Below, piece after piece: positions 41,902 to 52,792 of a stretch of 64,000 nt of DNA (its first letter is position 1; each line of letters begins with the position of its first letter). A model generated the notes under the pieces. The model was given only the letters and a program-made list of their open reading frames with translations, was not told the origin of the DNA and searched no databases. The DNA comes from Myxococcales bacterium (GTDB lineage Bacteria > Myxococcota_A > Polyangia > Polyangiales > DASUME01): positions 1,600,001-1,664,000 of the forward strand of contig JASGJH010000001.1 of NCBI GenBank assembly GCA_047601445.1, written 5' to 3'. Both the position numbers and the translations under genes were made by a program.

Positions 41902-42270
41902 ATGAACATCCTCATCATCGACGACAGCGAGCTCTCCCTGCAGGCCATGGAGACGACCCTGAAGGCCCATGGCCACCGGGTGGTCTGCACGTCGTCCCCC
42001 ATTGGGGCCACGCGTCTCATCCTCAACGAGAAGATCGACGTGGTGGTGGTGGACGTGAATCTGCCCAGTATGCGCGGAGACAGCCTGGCTGCTCTGTTCC
42101 GTAAGCAGCCGCGCATGCAGCACGTCGGTGTCGTCTTGGTCTCGGGCGTCGAGCCGGAGGAGCTCAAGCGACTCACCGACGAGAGCAAGGCCGACGCCAT
42201 GTGCAACAAGCAGGACGTGCGCGAAGGACTCCATCCAGCCGTGATGACGGCTCGCCGAGCCCGCAAATGA
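41902..42270 (+). CDS. Single-domain response regulator
   Basis: ILIIDDS, VVDVNLP (phospho-acceptor Asp), LVSG, K. Confidence 0.88.
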   Translation: MNILIIDDSELSLQAMETTLKAHGHRVVCTSSPIGATRLILNEKIDVVVVDVNLPSMRGDSLAALFRKQPRMQHVGVVLVSGVEPEELKRLTDESKADAMCNKQDVREGLHPAVMTARRARK

Positions 42271-42620
42271 CTCAAGTGTTGACCTTCATCCATCGCAGCG
42301 TTCGGGCTGCCATCCCGGCCCAACAAGCCGACGGCCTGGCCGCCAGTGACGCAGGACTCGAGCGCATCGCGTTGTGGCGCGGCGGCTCCGAGGTCATCGA
42401 GCGTTGGTTGCGCCTGCGCGCTGCGCGCGGTCATTTCGGCCTGAGCTGCAGCGAAGTCGAGCTACTCGAGGTTCCCTCGCGCGAGCTCATTCCCATCAGC
42501 GGCGTACTGGCCGCAGCGCTCAAACTCCCGCACGTCGTGGGCTTCGCCACGATCGCACACAAGCCGACCTGGTTGGTCGACGTAACCCGCCTCACGGCCA
42601 ACAACGCACGGGTAGAATAG
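42267..42620 (+). CDS. Degenerate CheW-like protein
   Basis: ATGA overlap; AAIPA...LIPIS...VVGFA...PTWLVDV; position within a che cluster. Confidence 0.45.
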   Translation: MTQVLTFIHRSVRAAIPAQQADGLAASDAGLERIALWRGGSEVIERWLRLRAARGHFGLSCSEVELLEVPSRELIPISGVLAAALKLPHVVGFATIAHKPTWLVDVTRLTANNARVE

Positions 42621-42623
42621 GTT

Positions 42624-43211
42624 ATGGGTACTCGCGTCCGGGTCGCTATGGAGAAGCGCCCTCGAGTCCAATGGAGCCGCACCGCGCGAGCGTGCCTGCT
42701 GCTTACATGCCTGGCGCTGCCGTGCATCGCACTGGCTCAGCAGGTCCCCGCCGCCATTCGGGCTGCGATTCTGCTCCGTTCGTTGTCCTACGAAAAGGGC
42801 TTCGCTGCCGGCACCGGCCCCGCCACGGTGCTGGTTCTGAGCGGCTCCAACGGGACCAGCGACGGCAACGAGACGGCCGCCTCCATGAAGAAGCTGGCGA
42901 CCAGCGGCGGCTCCACCCGTCAGCTGCGCGTGGAGACCTCGAGCTCCGACGCGAGTGCGGCCGAGGCGAAGCGGACCAAGGCCCAGGTGGTGTATGTCGC
43001 CAGCGGCAACGAGCGGGCCCTGTCGGAGCTCTCCGAGCTCCATCACATCATCGTGCTGTGCGGCGATCCCGCGGGCATCGGCAAAGGCTGCGTGCTGAGC
43101 GTCGAAGTCTCCGGGACGAGCTCGCGGCTCGTCATCGACTTGGCCCGCGCGACCAAGCTGGGATTGCAGCTCGACGCGCGCATTCTCCGCCTCGCGCGCG
43201 TGGTCCGCTGA
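42624..43211 (+). CDS. YfiR-family (DUF4154) periplasmic protein
   Basis: Signal peptide; AAILLRSLSY; C-terminal LVIDLARATKLGLQLDARILRLARVVR is the YfiR signature. Confidence 0.8.
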   Translation: MGTRVRVAMEKRPRVQWSRTARACLLLTCLALPCIALAQQVPAAIRAAILLRSLSYEKGFAAGTGPATVLVLSGSNGTSDGNETAASMKKLATSGGSTRQLRVETSSSDASAAEAKRTKAQVVYVASGNERALSELSELHHIIVLCGDPAGIGKGCVLSVEVSGTSSRLVIDLARATKLGLQLDARILRLARVVR

Positions 43212-43233
43212 GCCGCTGGCTCGACGAGGAATC

Positions 43234-44754
43234 ATGGGTACGTTCATCTCGATTCGATTCAAGATCGCCGCGTTGATCGCCTTGCTGGGCTTCGCGTTGG
43301 CAGGTTTGGGAGCCGCCGCACTGCCGCGCTACGCGGCGAGCGCCGAGCGCGAAGGTCTGGAGCAACGCGCCGCGGGCGCCGCGGCCATGCTCGCAGGAGC
43401 CGTCTCGCCGGCCCTGGAGTTCGACCAACCCGATACGGCGCGCGAGATCCTGGAGGTGGCCCGCGAGGATCGCCTGGTGCGCTGGGTGGCTGCCTACTCG
43501 GATAGCGGCAAGCTCGCGGTGGCCGTGGGACGCGGCGCACTCGATCGCGTCGAAAAGGTCGACTCCGCGCGCCTGCTGAGCGGAGACAATGCCAGCATCG
43601 TGACGCTCGCCCCCTCGCGCTCCCAGGGCAAGGTGGTGGGCGCTGTCGTGGTGGCCCTCGACTCCCGCGGCATCGGCCTGCGTGAAGAGCAGACCCGACG
43701 CGCGATCCTGCTGCAGGCCACCGTGCTCAGCGCGGTGTTCGTGCTGCTCTCCATCTGGTTGTCCGGCCGCATGACCCGCGTACTCGGTAAGATTGCCGCG
43801 GCGGCGGAGCGCATCGCGCGCGGAGACGTGACCGAGGACTTCGCGCTCGAGCATCCGAACGACGAGCTGGGCAAGATGGCCCACGAGTTCGTCCGGATGG
43901 CGCACCGGCTGCGCGAGCTGCAGCAGAACGCGGCCCGCGTGGCGGCGGGCGACCTCGACGTGAGACAAACGGGCGACGGCGAGCTCTACGTCTCGTTCCG
44001 CACCATGGTGAACAACCTGCGCACCCTGGCGGCCCGCATCGGTGCGAGCTCCGACGCGGTGGCCCAAGCCGCCGCCGCGCTGTTCTCCGCCACGCGTGAG
44101 CACGAGGCCTCGGCAACGCAGCAGACGGCCTCGGTGGAGGAGATGCGGCGCACGCTCGAGTCGTTGGCGTCTTCGGCCGAGCGCGTCAATGCCGACGCCG
44201 GTCAGGTGCGCGACATGGCCGAGCGCAGCTTGCACAGCTCGCAGCAGACCGCCGACCAGACCAAGCTCGTGAGCACCCACTCGGACCGCATCGGCGAGAT
44301 CCTCACCTTGATCCAGGACATCGCGGACAAGTCGGATCTGCTCGCGCTCAACGCGGCCCTCGAGGGCACCAAGGCGGGCGAAATCGGGCGCGGTTTCTCG
44401 CTGGTGGCCGCCGAGATGCGGCGTCTCTCCGAGCACGTGGTCGACTCGGTGCGCGACATCCGCAAGCTGGTCGCGGACATGCGCACGGCGTCCCACGCAT
44501 CGGTGCTGGCCACCGAGGAGAGCATCAAGCTCGCCAAGGAGGCCGCCACCTCGGCGGGCAAGATCACGAGCGCCGTGGGACAACAGCGGGAGGGCACCTC
44601 GCAGGTCAAGGGCGCAGCCGAGGAGATCGTGCGCGTGGTCAACACGTCGCTCGATGGCACGGCCCAGATCACGCGCTCGGCCGAGTCATTGCTGCAGCTT
44701 TCGCACGAGCTCAAGGACGCAGCGAAGGCCTTCCGGCTCAACGCGGCGGCGTGA
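43234..44754 (+). CDS. Methyl-accepting chemotaxis protein with a CHASE8/YfiN-like periplasmic domain and two HAMP domains
   Basis: Two TM helices; periplasmic SPALEFDQPDTAREIL...VAAYSDSG; two HAMPs; tip IADKSDLLALNAALEGTKAGEIGRGFSLVA. Confidence 0.9.
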   Translation: MGTFISIRFKIAALIALLGFALAGLGAAALPRYAASAEREGLEQRAAGAAAMLAGAVSPALEFDQPDTAREILEVAREDRLVRWVAAYSDSGKLAVAVGRGALDRVEKVDSARLLSGDNASIVTLAPSRSQGKVVGAVVVALDSRGIGLREEQTRRAILLQATVLSAVFVLLSIWLSGRMTRVLGKIAAAAERIARGDVTEDFALEHPNDELGKMAHEFVRMAHRLRELQQNAARVAAGDLDVRQTGDGELYVSFRTMVNNLRTLAARIGASSDAVAQAAAALFSATREHEASATQQTASVEEMRRTLESLASSAERVNADAGQVRDMAERSLHSSQQTADQTKLVSTHSDRIGEILTLIQDIADKSDLLALNAALEGTKAGEIGRGFSLVAAEMRRLSEHVVDSVRDIRKLVADMRTASHASVLATEESIKLAKEAATSAGKITSAVGQQREGTSQVKGAAEEIVRVVNTSLDGTAQITRSAESLLQLSHELKDAAKAFRLNAAA

Positions 44755-44757
44755 AGC

Positions 44758-46891
44758 GTGCCCAGCCTCGACGAGCTCGTCCGCACCTTCCTGCGCGGGC
44801 TGCCGGACCGCATCGTCACGGCCACCGACCTGTGGCTGGACTTCGAAGAAGGCCGGCGCCCGGAATCTGACGGCGCTCAAGCGCGTCCTCCACACCGTGA
44901 AGGGCGAAGCCCACATGCTGGGGCTGTCGGCCACGGGCGGGCTCCTACAAGAGCTCGAAGGGCTGGTGGTCAAGGCGCAAGCGGCGGGTGTCGCAGGCCG
45001 CTCCGCGGGGTCGTCGGTGCTCGAAGCACTCGATGCACTGTCGGTGCTGTCGGGGACCCCCGAGCAAGGAGAGGCGACGTTCGACCTCGGACCGGTGCTA
45101 GACAGCCTACGCCATTCGGCCGCGGCGCTCGTCGTGGCCCCTTCGCAGGCCCCCGTCGCGCACCCCGAGGCTGACGCAGGAGCTTCGCCGCCGGATGGCG
45201 TCCAGGGAGCCGCCCGCCACGACGATGACAGCGACGACAGACGCTCGGTGAATCAGGTGCGGGTCGATGAGATTCAGCCCACCATTCACGATCTGCGACG
45301 CCTCTTCGAAGAGCAAGCGCAGACCCAACGACGTCTGCGCGAGGTACAGCGGATCCTGCGTGCGGTGGTGGCCGAGATTGATCCCGCGCTGCCCCCTGCC
45401 GTGCTCGGCGAGCGTGTGATCAAGACCCTGGGTGCCACGGCCGACCTCGAGCGTCGCTTGTCGGCCATCCGCAGCGAGTGGTCCGCCAACGCTTTCGCGA
45501 CCGGCCTCGCGCTCGACCATCTCTCCGACACCACGCGCCGCGCCGCAGTGGTGAGCGTGGCGCGCCTGCGCACGAGCTTGGAGCGCACCCTCCGTAGCAC
45601 CAGCAAGTCGCTCAAGAAGGAAGTCCAGATGCGCGTCGAGGGCGACGCGTACATCGACGCCGTGATCGCCCAGCGCCTCGAGCCCGCGCTGCTGCACGCC
45701 GTCCGCAATTCCGTGGATCACGGCATCGAAGAGCCGGCGGAGCGGATCGCCCGGGGCAAAGCCGCGAGCGGCATGATCGAGGTGCGCATCTCCCAGCTGG
45801 TCTCCATGGTCCAGGTCATCGTTCAGGACGATGGACGTGGGGTCGACGTGCGTGCCTTGCGCCGGCGCCTCCAGGCCGCAGAGGACCTGAGCGATACCCA
45901 GGTGCTCCACATGCTTTTTCGAAGTGGCGTATCGACACGGGATCAAGTGAGCGACATCTCGGGCCGAGGCGTCGGACTCGACGTGGTCGCGCGCGAGGTG
46001 GCCGCGGTGGGTGGATCGGCCCAAATCGAGACCACGCCAGGCCTTGGATTTCGGCTCATCCTCACGCTTCCCTCGGTGCTCCGCGCCGACCTCGTGGTGC
46101 CGATCGGAATCGGCGACAAGCGGCTGGCCCTGCCCTGTCGCAGCGTCGAGGGCTTCTCGCGCATCGCGCGCATCGAGGACACGACGCGCGGCCTGTACGC
46201 GCGCGTGCGCTCGGGGGACCAGGACGTGTCGTTGCCGGTGTACAGCCTCGCCAGCGTGTTCGGCCATAGCGCCGCTCCCAGCTCGGGTGCCCGGGGTGTT
46301 TTGGTCGTACACGAAGGCTTTCGGTTCGTCCTGGTGGTGGACCAGCATGAGAACCCGCGTACGCTGCCCTTTCAGCCCATCTCGGAGCTCGCCGTGCGCT
46401 CACGCGTGGTGCGCGCCGTGGCCCCCAGCCCCGAAGGCGTACGCCTCCTGCTCGACGTGGGCGCCCTGGTGCGCGCGCTGCAGGGCTCGACCCTCAAGGT
46501 CAGCACCGAGCAATCGCGCGGCACGGCGCGCGTCGTCGTGGTGGAGGACGCACCGGTCGCGCGCGAGCTCCTGTGCGGCATCTTGCGTTCGTTCGGGCTC
46601 GAGGTGTTCGAGGCAGCGCACGGGCGCGAGGGGCTGGCCGTGATCCGGGAGCGGGCGCCGAACCTCGTACTCAGTGACGTCGAGATGCCCTTCCTGAGCG
46701 GGCTCGACATGGTGAGTACGCTTCGGCAGGAGGCGCGCTTCGCCGATCTGCGCGTGATCTTCCTGACCACCGACACCAGCGAAGTCACGCGCCGCAGAGC
46801 CGGCGCCCTGGGTGCCGTGGGCTTTCTCTCCAAGCAACGCTTCGTTGAGGACGAGCTCAGGAGGTTGGTCGACTCGTGCCTGGCACTCTGA
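44758..46891 (+). CDS. cheA: Hybrid CheA-REC kinase (frameshift near 44853)
   Basis: Hpt LHTVKGEA, HAVRNSVDHGIE, DDGRG, GRGVGLDVV, CheW domain, C-terminal REC (SDVEMP). Confidence 0.9.
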
Positions 46892-47841
46892 TCTCGGCCC
46901 CAGTGCGCGTGGTGATCGCGGACGACTCCGCCATCGCTGTCTCGCGCCTGGCTCAGCTCCTATCCGAGGAGGCCGGCATCGTAGTGGTGGGAACCGCAAA
47001 CAGCGCCGACGAACTCGAGGCGCTGGTCGACAAGCTCAAGCCCGACGCGGTGACCCTGGATATCCTGATGCCGGAGCGTCCCGGCTTGTCTGCCATCCGC
47101 GGGCTCTCGACGCGCACGCAAGTGGTGGTCGTGAGCGACATCGAATCCGGCTCGGCCCTGGCGGGGGAGGCGCTCGCGCAAGGAGCTGCGCTGTTCGTGT
47201 CCAAGCGCGAGCTCGGCAGCCCCGCAGGAGCAGCGCGGCTGGTGAGGGCGCTGCTACAGCACGCGCAGGCGCCCCGGCCGCTGCAGCTGGTGGCGATCGC
47301 AGGTTCCACCGGAGCCATGCCGGCCCTCGAGCAGATCATCCCGGACCTGGCAGATTGTCCGGCCGCCTTCGTCATCGTCCAGCACCTCCCTGCTGCGCGC
47401 ATGCCCGCATTCGCCGAGTGGATCTGCGAGCTCGGACTGCCGAGTGAAACGCTGCCGGGCGCGCGTGCGCTGCGTCCCGGTATGGCCTGGGTCGCCCCTG
47501 GTGACCGACACCTGCGAGTGGTGGGCTCCCATGCGACCCTCGACGATGGTGAGCCCGTGATGGGACACAAGCCTTCGGCCACCGTCATGGTGTCCTCGCT
47601 CGTGCGCCTGGCCGCGCGCACCACGCTCATCATCCTCTCCGGCATGGGCAGCGACGGCGCCTCCGCCGTGCCTGCATTCGTAGCGGCCGGAGGCAAGCTC
47701 GTGGTGCAGCAGCCCAGCACCTGTGCAGTCCCCGGAATGCCCGAGGCAGCATTGGCGGCCAGCCCACGCTGCCACGAGCTCGGGCCTCGGGAGATCGGTC
47801 GCTTCGTCACCGGCAGCCTGAGCGCGCGCCGCCATGTCTAA
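46876..47841 (+). CDS. cheB: Chemotaxis methylesterase
   Basis: REC (TLDILMP); catalytic GSTG, VQH and GMGSDG. Confidence 0.92.
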   Translation: MPGTLISAPVRVVIADDSAIAVSRLAQLLSEEAGIVVVGTANSADELEALVDKLKPDAVTLDILMPERPGLSAIRGLSTRTQVVVVSDIESGSALAGEALAQGAALFVSKRELGSPAGAARLVRALLQHAQAPRPLQLVAIAGSTGAMPALEQIIPDLADCPAAFVIVQHLPAARMPAFAEWICELGLPSETLPGARALRPGMAWVAPGDRHLRVVGSHATLDDGEPVMGHKPSATVMVSSLVRLAARTTLIILSGMGSDGASAVPAFVAAGGKLVVQQPSTCAVPGMPEAALAASPRCHELGPREIGRFVTGSLSARRHV

Positions 47842-48937
47842 GTCGCTCGACCAACTCCTGACTGGCTTGCTCCACGAGCGCCTCGGACACATGGGACCAT
47901 GGCCGGCCCACGTGCGGCGCTTCGTGAGGGAGCGCGCCGAGGCTGCCCGCCTGTCGGAGCTCGAATGGCTCGAGCGTGTGAGAGGTCGACCCGACGAACT
48001 GTCGGCCCTCGTGGACGCGGCCACGGTGAACCACACGTCGTTCTACCGGCATCGCGAGCACTTCACACAGCTCGCGGCCAGCTTGCCGCGCCTACTGACG
48101 CGCAGAGCTCCGCTCCGCGTTTGGTCGGCGGGTTGCTCGACCGGCGAGGAGACCTGGAGCATCGCCCTCACCCTAGCGGCCCACGGCGCACCGTTCCACC
48201 TGCTCGCCACGGATGCCTGCTCCCGCGCAGTCAGCGTGGCTCGGCGCGGGCACTATGCGGCCGCCCTGACCCACGGCCTGCCGGGGCACGACGGCGGGCT
48301 GGCGTTCACCGCGCCGGCCGACTTGCGCAAGCACGTGCGCTTCGAGGTCGGCACGCTGCTCGACGAGCTGCCGTCCGGGATTCGCGGCCCCTTCGACATC
48401 ATCTTCTGCCGCAACGTGCTGATTTACGTGTCGCCAGAGTATCTCCGGCGCGCCTGGGGCCGCTTCGTCTCGTTGCTTTCGCCCTGGGGCGTGATGGCGG
48501 TCGCTCCCGTGGAGTCCTTGCACGGGGTCCCCACGTCGCTGCGACGCCGGGGTCCGCTCGGCTGGCTCGAACCGTCGGAGACCGCGGCCCCCTCGCAAGC
48601 TCCTGCGGAACCTCGCCCACGCGCAGTGGCCGCTCCTGTCAGACCCGCCGAGCTGCCGAACGACGCGGAGGCGGCCGATCCCTCACTCGCCACGGTCGAA
48701 CACTACCTGTCGACCGGCGACCTGGGAGCCGCCGAAGATGCACTCCACGAGTTGCTCGCGCGCAACGACGACGGAGTCGCGTGGTTCCTGCTCGGAGAGG
48801 TGTGCGCCAAGCGCGGCGCGACGGCGCAGGCGAAGGTCGCTTTTAATCGTGCCAGCACGGCAACCTGGACCTCGGGCAGCAATGACCTGGAGACCATCCG
48901 TGCAGCCGCCAAGCGTCGGGCTCGACAGTGTGGTTGA
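47834..48937 (+). CDS. cheR: Chemotaxis methyltransferase with a C-terminal TPR
   Basis: TSFYR, VWSAGCSTGEE, IFCRNVLIY; TPR AWFLLGEVCAKRG. Confidence 0.92.
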   Translation: MSKSLDQLLTGLLHERLGHMGPWPAHVRRFVRERAEAARLSELEWLERVRGRPDELSALVDAATVNHTSFYRHREHFTQLAASLPRLLTRRAPLRVWSAGCSTGEETWSIALTLAAHGAPFHLLATDACSRAVSVARRGHYAAALTHGLPGHDGGLAFTAPADLRKHVRFEVGTLLDELPSGIRGPFDIIFCRNVLIYVSPEYLRRAWGRFVSLLSPWGVMAVAPVESLHGVPTSLRRRGPLGWLEPSETAAPSQAPAEPRPRAVAAPVRPAELPNDAEAADPSLATVEHYLSTGDLGAAEDALHELLARNDDGVAWFLLGEVCAKRGATAQAKVAFNRASTATWTSGSNDLETIRAAAKRRARQCG

Positions 48938-49043
48938 CAATCTGAAGCCTTCAACCCGTGTGCGAACTCAGAACTCCTGCGGAGCCACCCGACCGCATAC
49001 GCGGAGCCGACGCCCAGGCTAGACAACCCCTGAGAAAGCGAGG

Positions 49044-49976
49044 ATGCTCCCGCGCATGCGCAGCCCGAGCCTACTTCTCGCCTTGTCGCTAGGAGCCGCC
49101 TGCAACGCTGGCTCGGATCCAGGCCACCTGGATGCAGGCCTCGCCCCAGACGATGCGGGCATGCAGGCACAAATGGACGCGGCGACGCACGCGGACGCCA
49201 GCGATCACGAGCGCGATGCTTCGCAGCCAGGCAAGCATGGCGACGCCGGCACCGACGCCGCGGTCGACCTGGCTCTGCCTCCCATCAACGCCGGCTTCGA
49301 CTACCAGTTGGGCGGCGGCTATCCACCGCCCAGTGGCGTGGGCATCGTGTCGCGGGATCGCACGGACGAGCCCGCCAAGGGACTCTTCAACGTCTGCTAT
49401 GTCAACGGTTTTCAGGTCCAGCCAGGCGAGGAGCAACGCTGGGCACAGGACCTCATCCTGCGTGACGCAGCCGGCAACGCCATCATCGATCCGGACTGGA
49501 ACGAAGCCCTGCTCGACGTGAGTACGGCGGACAAGCGCACGCGCATCGCGGCCATGCTGAACGGCTTCATGGACGGCTGCGCGAACGCCGGCTTCGATGC
49601 GGTCGAGATCGACAACCTCGACAGCTATGCGCGCTCCAAGGGCAAGCTCACGCAAGCCAACGCGGTGGCACTGATGGCATTGCTCTCCGGGCACGCGCAC
49701 TCGCGCGGCCTCGCCATCGCTCAGAAGAACAGCACCGAGCTGCTCGCGCGCCGCGCCGAGATGGGCACCGACTTCGCCGTGGCCGAGGAGTGCAGCCGCT
49801 ACGATGAGTGCAAAGACTACGTGGATGCCTACGGGTCCCACGTGTTGATGATCGAATACCGGAAAGCCGACTTCGACAAGGGCTGCAAGGCCTACGGCAG
49901 CACGCACTCCATCGTGTTGCGCGACCTCGACCTGGTTCCGAAGGGTCAGGCGGGCTATCTGTTCGACGACTGCTGA
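49044..49976 (+). CDS. GH114 endo-alpha-1,4-polygalactosaminidase-like lipoprotein
   Basis: LGAAC lipobox; FDYQLGG, CYVNGFQ, GFDAVEIDNLD, AQKN, AVAEEC. Confidence 0.85.
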   Translation: MLPRMRSPSLLLALSLGAACNAGSDPGHLDAGLAPDDAGMQAQMDAATHADASDHERDASQPGKHGDAGTDAAVDLALPPINAGFDYQLGGGYPPPSGVGIVSRDRTDEPAKGLFNVCYVNGFQVQPGEEQRWAQDLILRDAAGNAIIDPDWNEALLDVSTADKRTRIAAMLNGFMDGCANAGFDAVEIDNLDSYARSKGKLTQANAVALMALLSGHAHSRGLAIAQKNSTELLARRAEMGTDFAVAEECSRYDECKDYVDAYGSHVLMIEYRKADFDKGCKAYGSTHSIVLRDLDLVPKGQAGYLFDDC

Positions 49977-50053
49977 GCGCTCGCTCTCCCGACGCTCGCT
50001 ATTCTGCGACCGGTCGCCAGTTCGCGCGCGAGGCTGAGGTTGGTCCTCTGCCC

Positions 50054-51572
50054 TCAATGTTCTCCGTGCTGCAGCTCTCGCGCGAGCTTGTCGGCAGCGC
50101 GGGCCGCGAGCGCCATTGCGGTGAGTACGGGGTTCTTCTCGGGTCCGGTGGTGAATACGGCAGAGTCCGCGACCACCACGTTGCGTACGCCGTGCACGCG
50201 TGAGTAGGCGTCGACCACCCCCAGCGCAGGTGAGGCGTGCATGCGACACGTCCCCCCGTAATGCACGGAGTTGCCCGGCGCCTCGAGCTTCCACAGCTCA
50301 ACCTTCGGTGCCCACCCTGCGCGAGCGAGCACCTCGAGCAGCTCTTCCCGCGCCCGCTCCAGCGTCTCGCGTGCCAACGTCGGGTGTCGCAAGTGTACCC
50401 GCACGCGCGAGCGTCCCCCACGGCCGACCCCGGGCGCGAGCTCCACGAAGTCGTCGCGACTGGGTGCCATCGTCCCAAACACACTGAAGCCGAGCGAGCT
50501 CGAACGACCAGGCCGTCCGCGCAGCGCGCTCCGCAACAGGGCGGGGGTGCCACACCACTGCATGAATGCGGCCGCATAGAGCGGCTCTGCACGTTCGAGC
50601 GCAGGCCGCGTGATGTAGCTGGCCGGATAGATCGACACCGGACGAGCCAGTTTGACGATCAACTTGGCGAGCGGATGATCGTGGAGATAGCGCCCCACGA
50701 CGCCATGTTGGTTCCCAAGCCCCGCGGGAAACTCGGCATTCTTCGACTCGAGCAAGATCTGCGCGCTGCCGAGGGCACCGGCCGCCAGCACCACCGCGCG
50801 ACAGGCGAGCCGCTCGGTGCGCCCGGTCCCCTGGTCACGAACACGCAGCGCGACCACCCGCCGCTCTTCGCGCGACCACTCGAGACCAAGCACCTGAGCG
50901 TCGTGGCGAATCGCGAGGTTACCCACGCGCAACGCAGGCAGCAGCAGCTGGTTGAATGCATTGAAGGCCGTCGCGCTGCGCGTGAGGAGCGAGCTCGCAC
51001 CATTGGCGTAGGGCATCACGACCACCGAGCGTCCGAAGTCCGCGGCGCTCTGCTCCACGCCCTGCCATTCTCGGCCGAGCTCCCAGGCGGTGCTTGCCCT
51101 CCCCGCAGGAAGCTGCGCTAGAATCGCGTGAGCCGGCCGCGATCCGCAAGAGTGGCTCCACCCGATCGTACCAAGGAGCGACGTCGGCGTAGTCGATGGG
51201 CCACGTGTAGGCCTCCCCGGCGCGCCGCGCGTCCAGGAAATCTTCTTCGGCAAAGCGCGGTACGGCGCACGCCCAATGGTTGGAGAGCCCACCCGGAGCG
51301 AGCGCCTCGTAGAGTTCGAGCGAGGGATCGCCGCTCGCCACGAAGTCATCGCGCTGTCGAAGCGAAGCGCGAAGCTTGGCCAGCGTGATGCCGCGCAGTC
51401 TGGCGGTAAAGCCAAGCGGGGCGTCGGCAGCCCCTGCTTCGAGCACCAAGGTCTCCACGCCGGCGCGACTCAGGAACAAGGCCGCCGCTGCGCCAGCCGG
51501 CCCGCTACCGACCACGACCACGGGCACACGGGGTTCGGAGGGCGATGACATGACAGGCAATCCATGCAGCAA
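50054..51572 (-). CDS. GMC-family FAD oxidoreductase (frameshift near 51120)
   Basis: GSGPAG, VLAAGALGS, VGRYLHDH, HYGGTCRM, NPVLTAMALA. Confidence 0.85.
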
Positions 51573-51835
51573 CGATGCCGACCAGGGTTCCGCTCGCTTT
51601 GGCCTCTTGCGCTACGGCCATTCGTGACACCTGGCGCGAGGCGGCTCTTCCCGGTCGCCCGTAGAGGCCGCGAGCACGCGCACGATTTATCCAGGCTGCC
51701 TGCGTCCACGCAGATTTTTCGCGAAACTCGCGCACTTGGCCCGTTCACCTCGGCCGTCCGAGCACGTCACGCTGGCGCCAAACTTGCAAACTCCGCATCG
51801 CGCCCCTGTTCGCGCATGCCCAAGGACCCCACCGA

Positions 51836-52654
51836 ATGTCGCTGCCGTCTCCGGTCGAAGGTACACGCCCGCCCTGGTCGATTCCCCCATCCACGGCAGG
51901 ACTCGCCGGTGCGTTCGCGCGCGACGGCTACCTGGTGTTGCGCCGTGTGGTCGATCGCAGGCGCCTGGCATCCCTCACCGAGGAGCTCGTGGCCGAGTTC
52001 TCACGCGCCAGCGCCGCCGGCGAACTGTTCTCCGGCGGCGGTCTCCTGAGCGGACACCTCAACTGCTTTCCGGGGACCCCGTCGCGCTTCGCCTTCGATG
52101 CCTTGCGTGAGCGAGGCGTGCTCAAGCAAGTACGCGAACTGTGGCCAGACGCCACGCGCCTACCGAACATCGGCTGTAACTTCAACCTCCCGGGAAGCTG
52201 CGAACAGAACGTTCACGTCGACGGCTACGCCGCCCGCCCGTTCATCGTGGCCAACGTAGCGACGGTGGACACCACCCTCGAGAACGGCGCCATGGAGGCG
52301 ATCCCAGGAAGCCATCTGCGCCCCTATAAGTACTGGCAGCTCGCGTTGTCCGACCTGCCCCGCGTCCGCATCGAACTCGAGGCAGGCGACGTGCTCATCC
52401 GCCCGTCCACGCTCTGGCACCGCGGCATGCCCAACCGCACCCGCGCCTGCCGTCCCATGCTCGCCTTCACCTGGGAAAACGGCGGCAGCGAGCTCGCCGA
52501 TCCCTACGCACGCAACGCCGGGCGCATTACCTTCCTCCCCAACCGCTACACCCGAGACTTGAGTGGAAACATGCGCGAGTTTGCATTCGCGGCGCTGCCG
52601 CGGGTCGGCTCTGCCTATCTCTTTTTGCGGTCTCTCTTCTCCTCCTCCCACTAA
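51836..52654 (+). CDS. PhyH-family Fe(II)/2-oxoglutarate dioxygenase
   Basis: FARDGY, HVD, IPGSH, AGDV, WHRG. Confidence 0.85.
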   Translation: MSLPSPVEGTRPPWSIPPSTAGLAGAFARDGYLVLRRVVDRRRLASLTEELVAEFSRASAAGELFSGGGLLSGHLNCFPGTPSRFAFDALRERGVLKQVRELWPDATRLPNIGCNFNLPGSCEQNVHVDGYAARPFIVANVATVDTTLENGAMEAIPGSHLRPYKYWQLALSDLPRVRIELEAGDVLIRPSTLWHRGMPNRTRACRPMLAFTWENGGSELADPYARNAGRITFLPNRYTRDLSGNMREFAFAALPRVGSAYLFLRSLFSSSH

Positions 52655-52673
52655 CTTCTCCCCTCCGCCCCGA

Positions 52674-52725
52674 TGCGCTCCCTTGGTTGGCGCCCCGCAG
52701 CGCCGGCCAGAACCAAGGGAACGCA
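52674..52725. repeat. REP-like hairpin; terminal fragment of the repeat family
   Basis: TGCGCTCCCTTGGTT / AACCAAGGGAACGCA (14/15 paired); the reverse complement resembles 53604-53640. Confidence 0.65.
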
Positions 52726-52792
52726 CGGGACAGGAGGACGCTGAGCAAAGGAGGCCGTCGAGAAGGCACAGCTATGGTAGGGTGCACTCACC

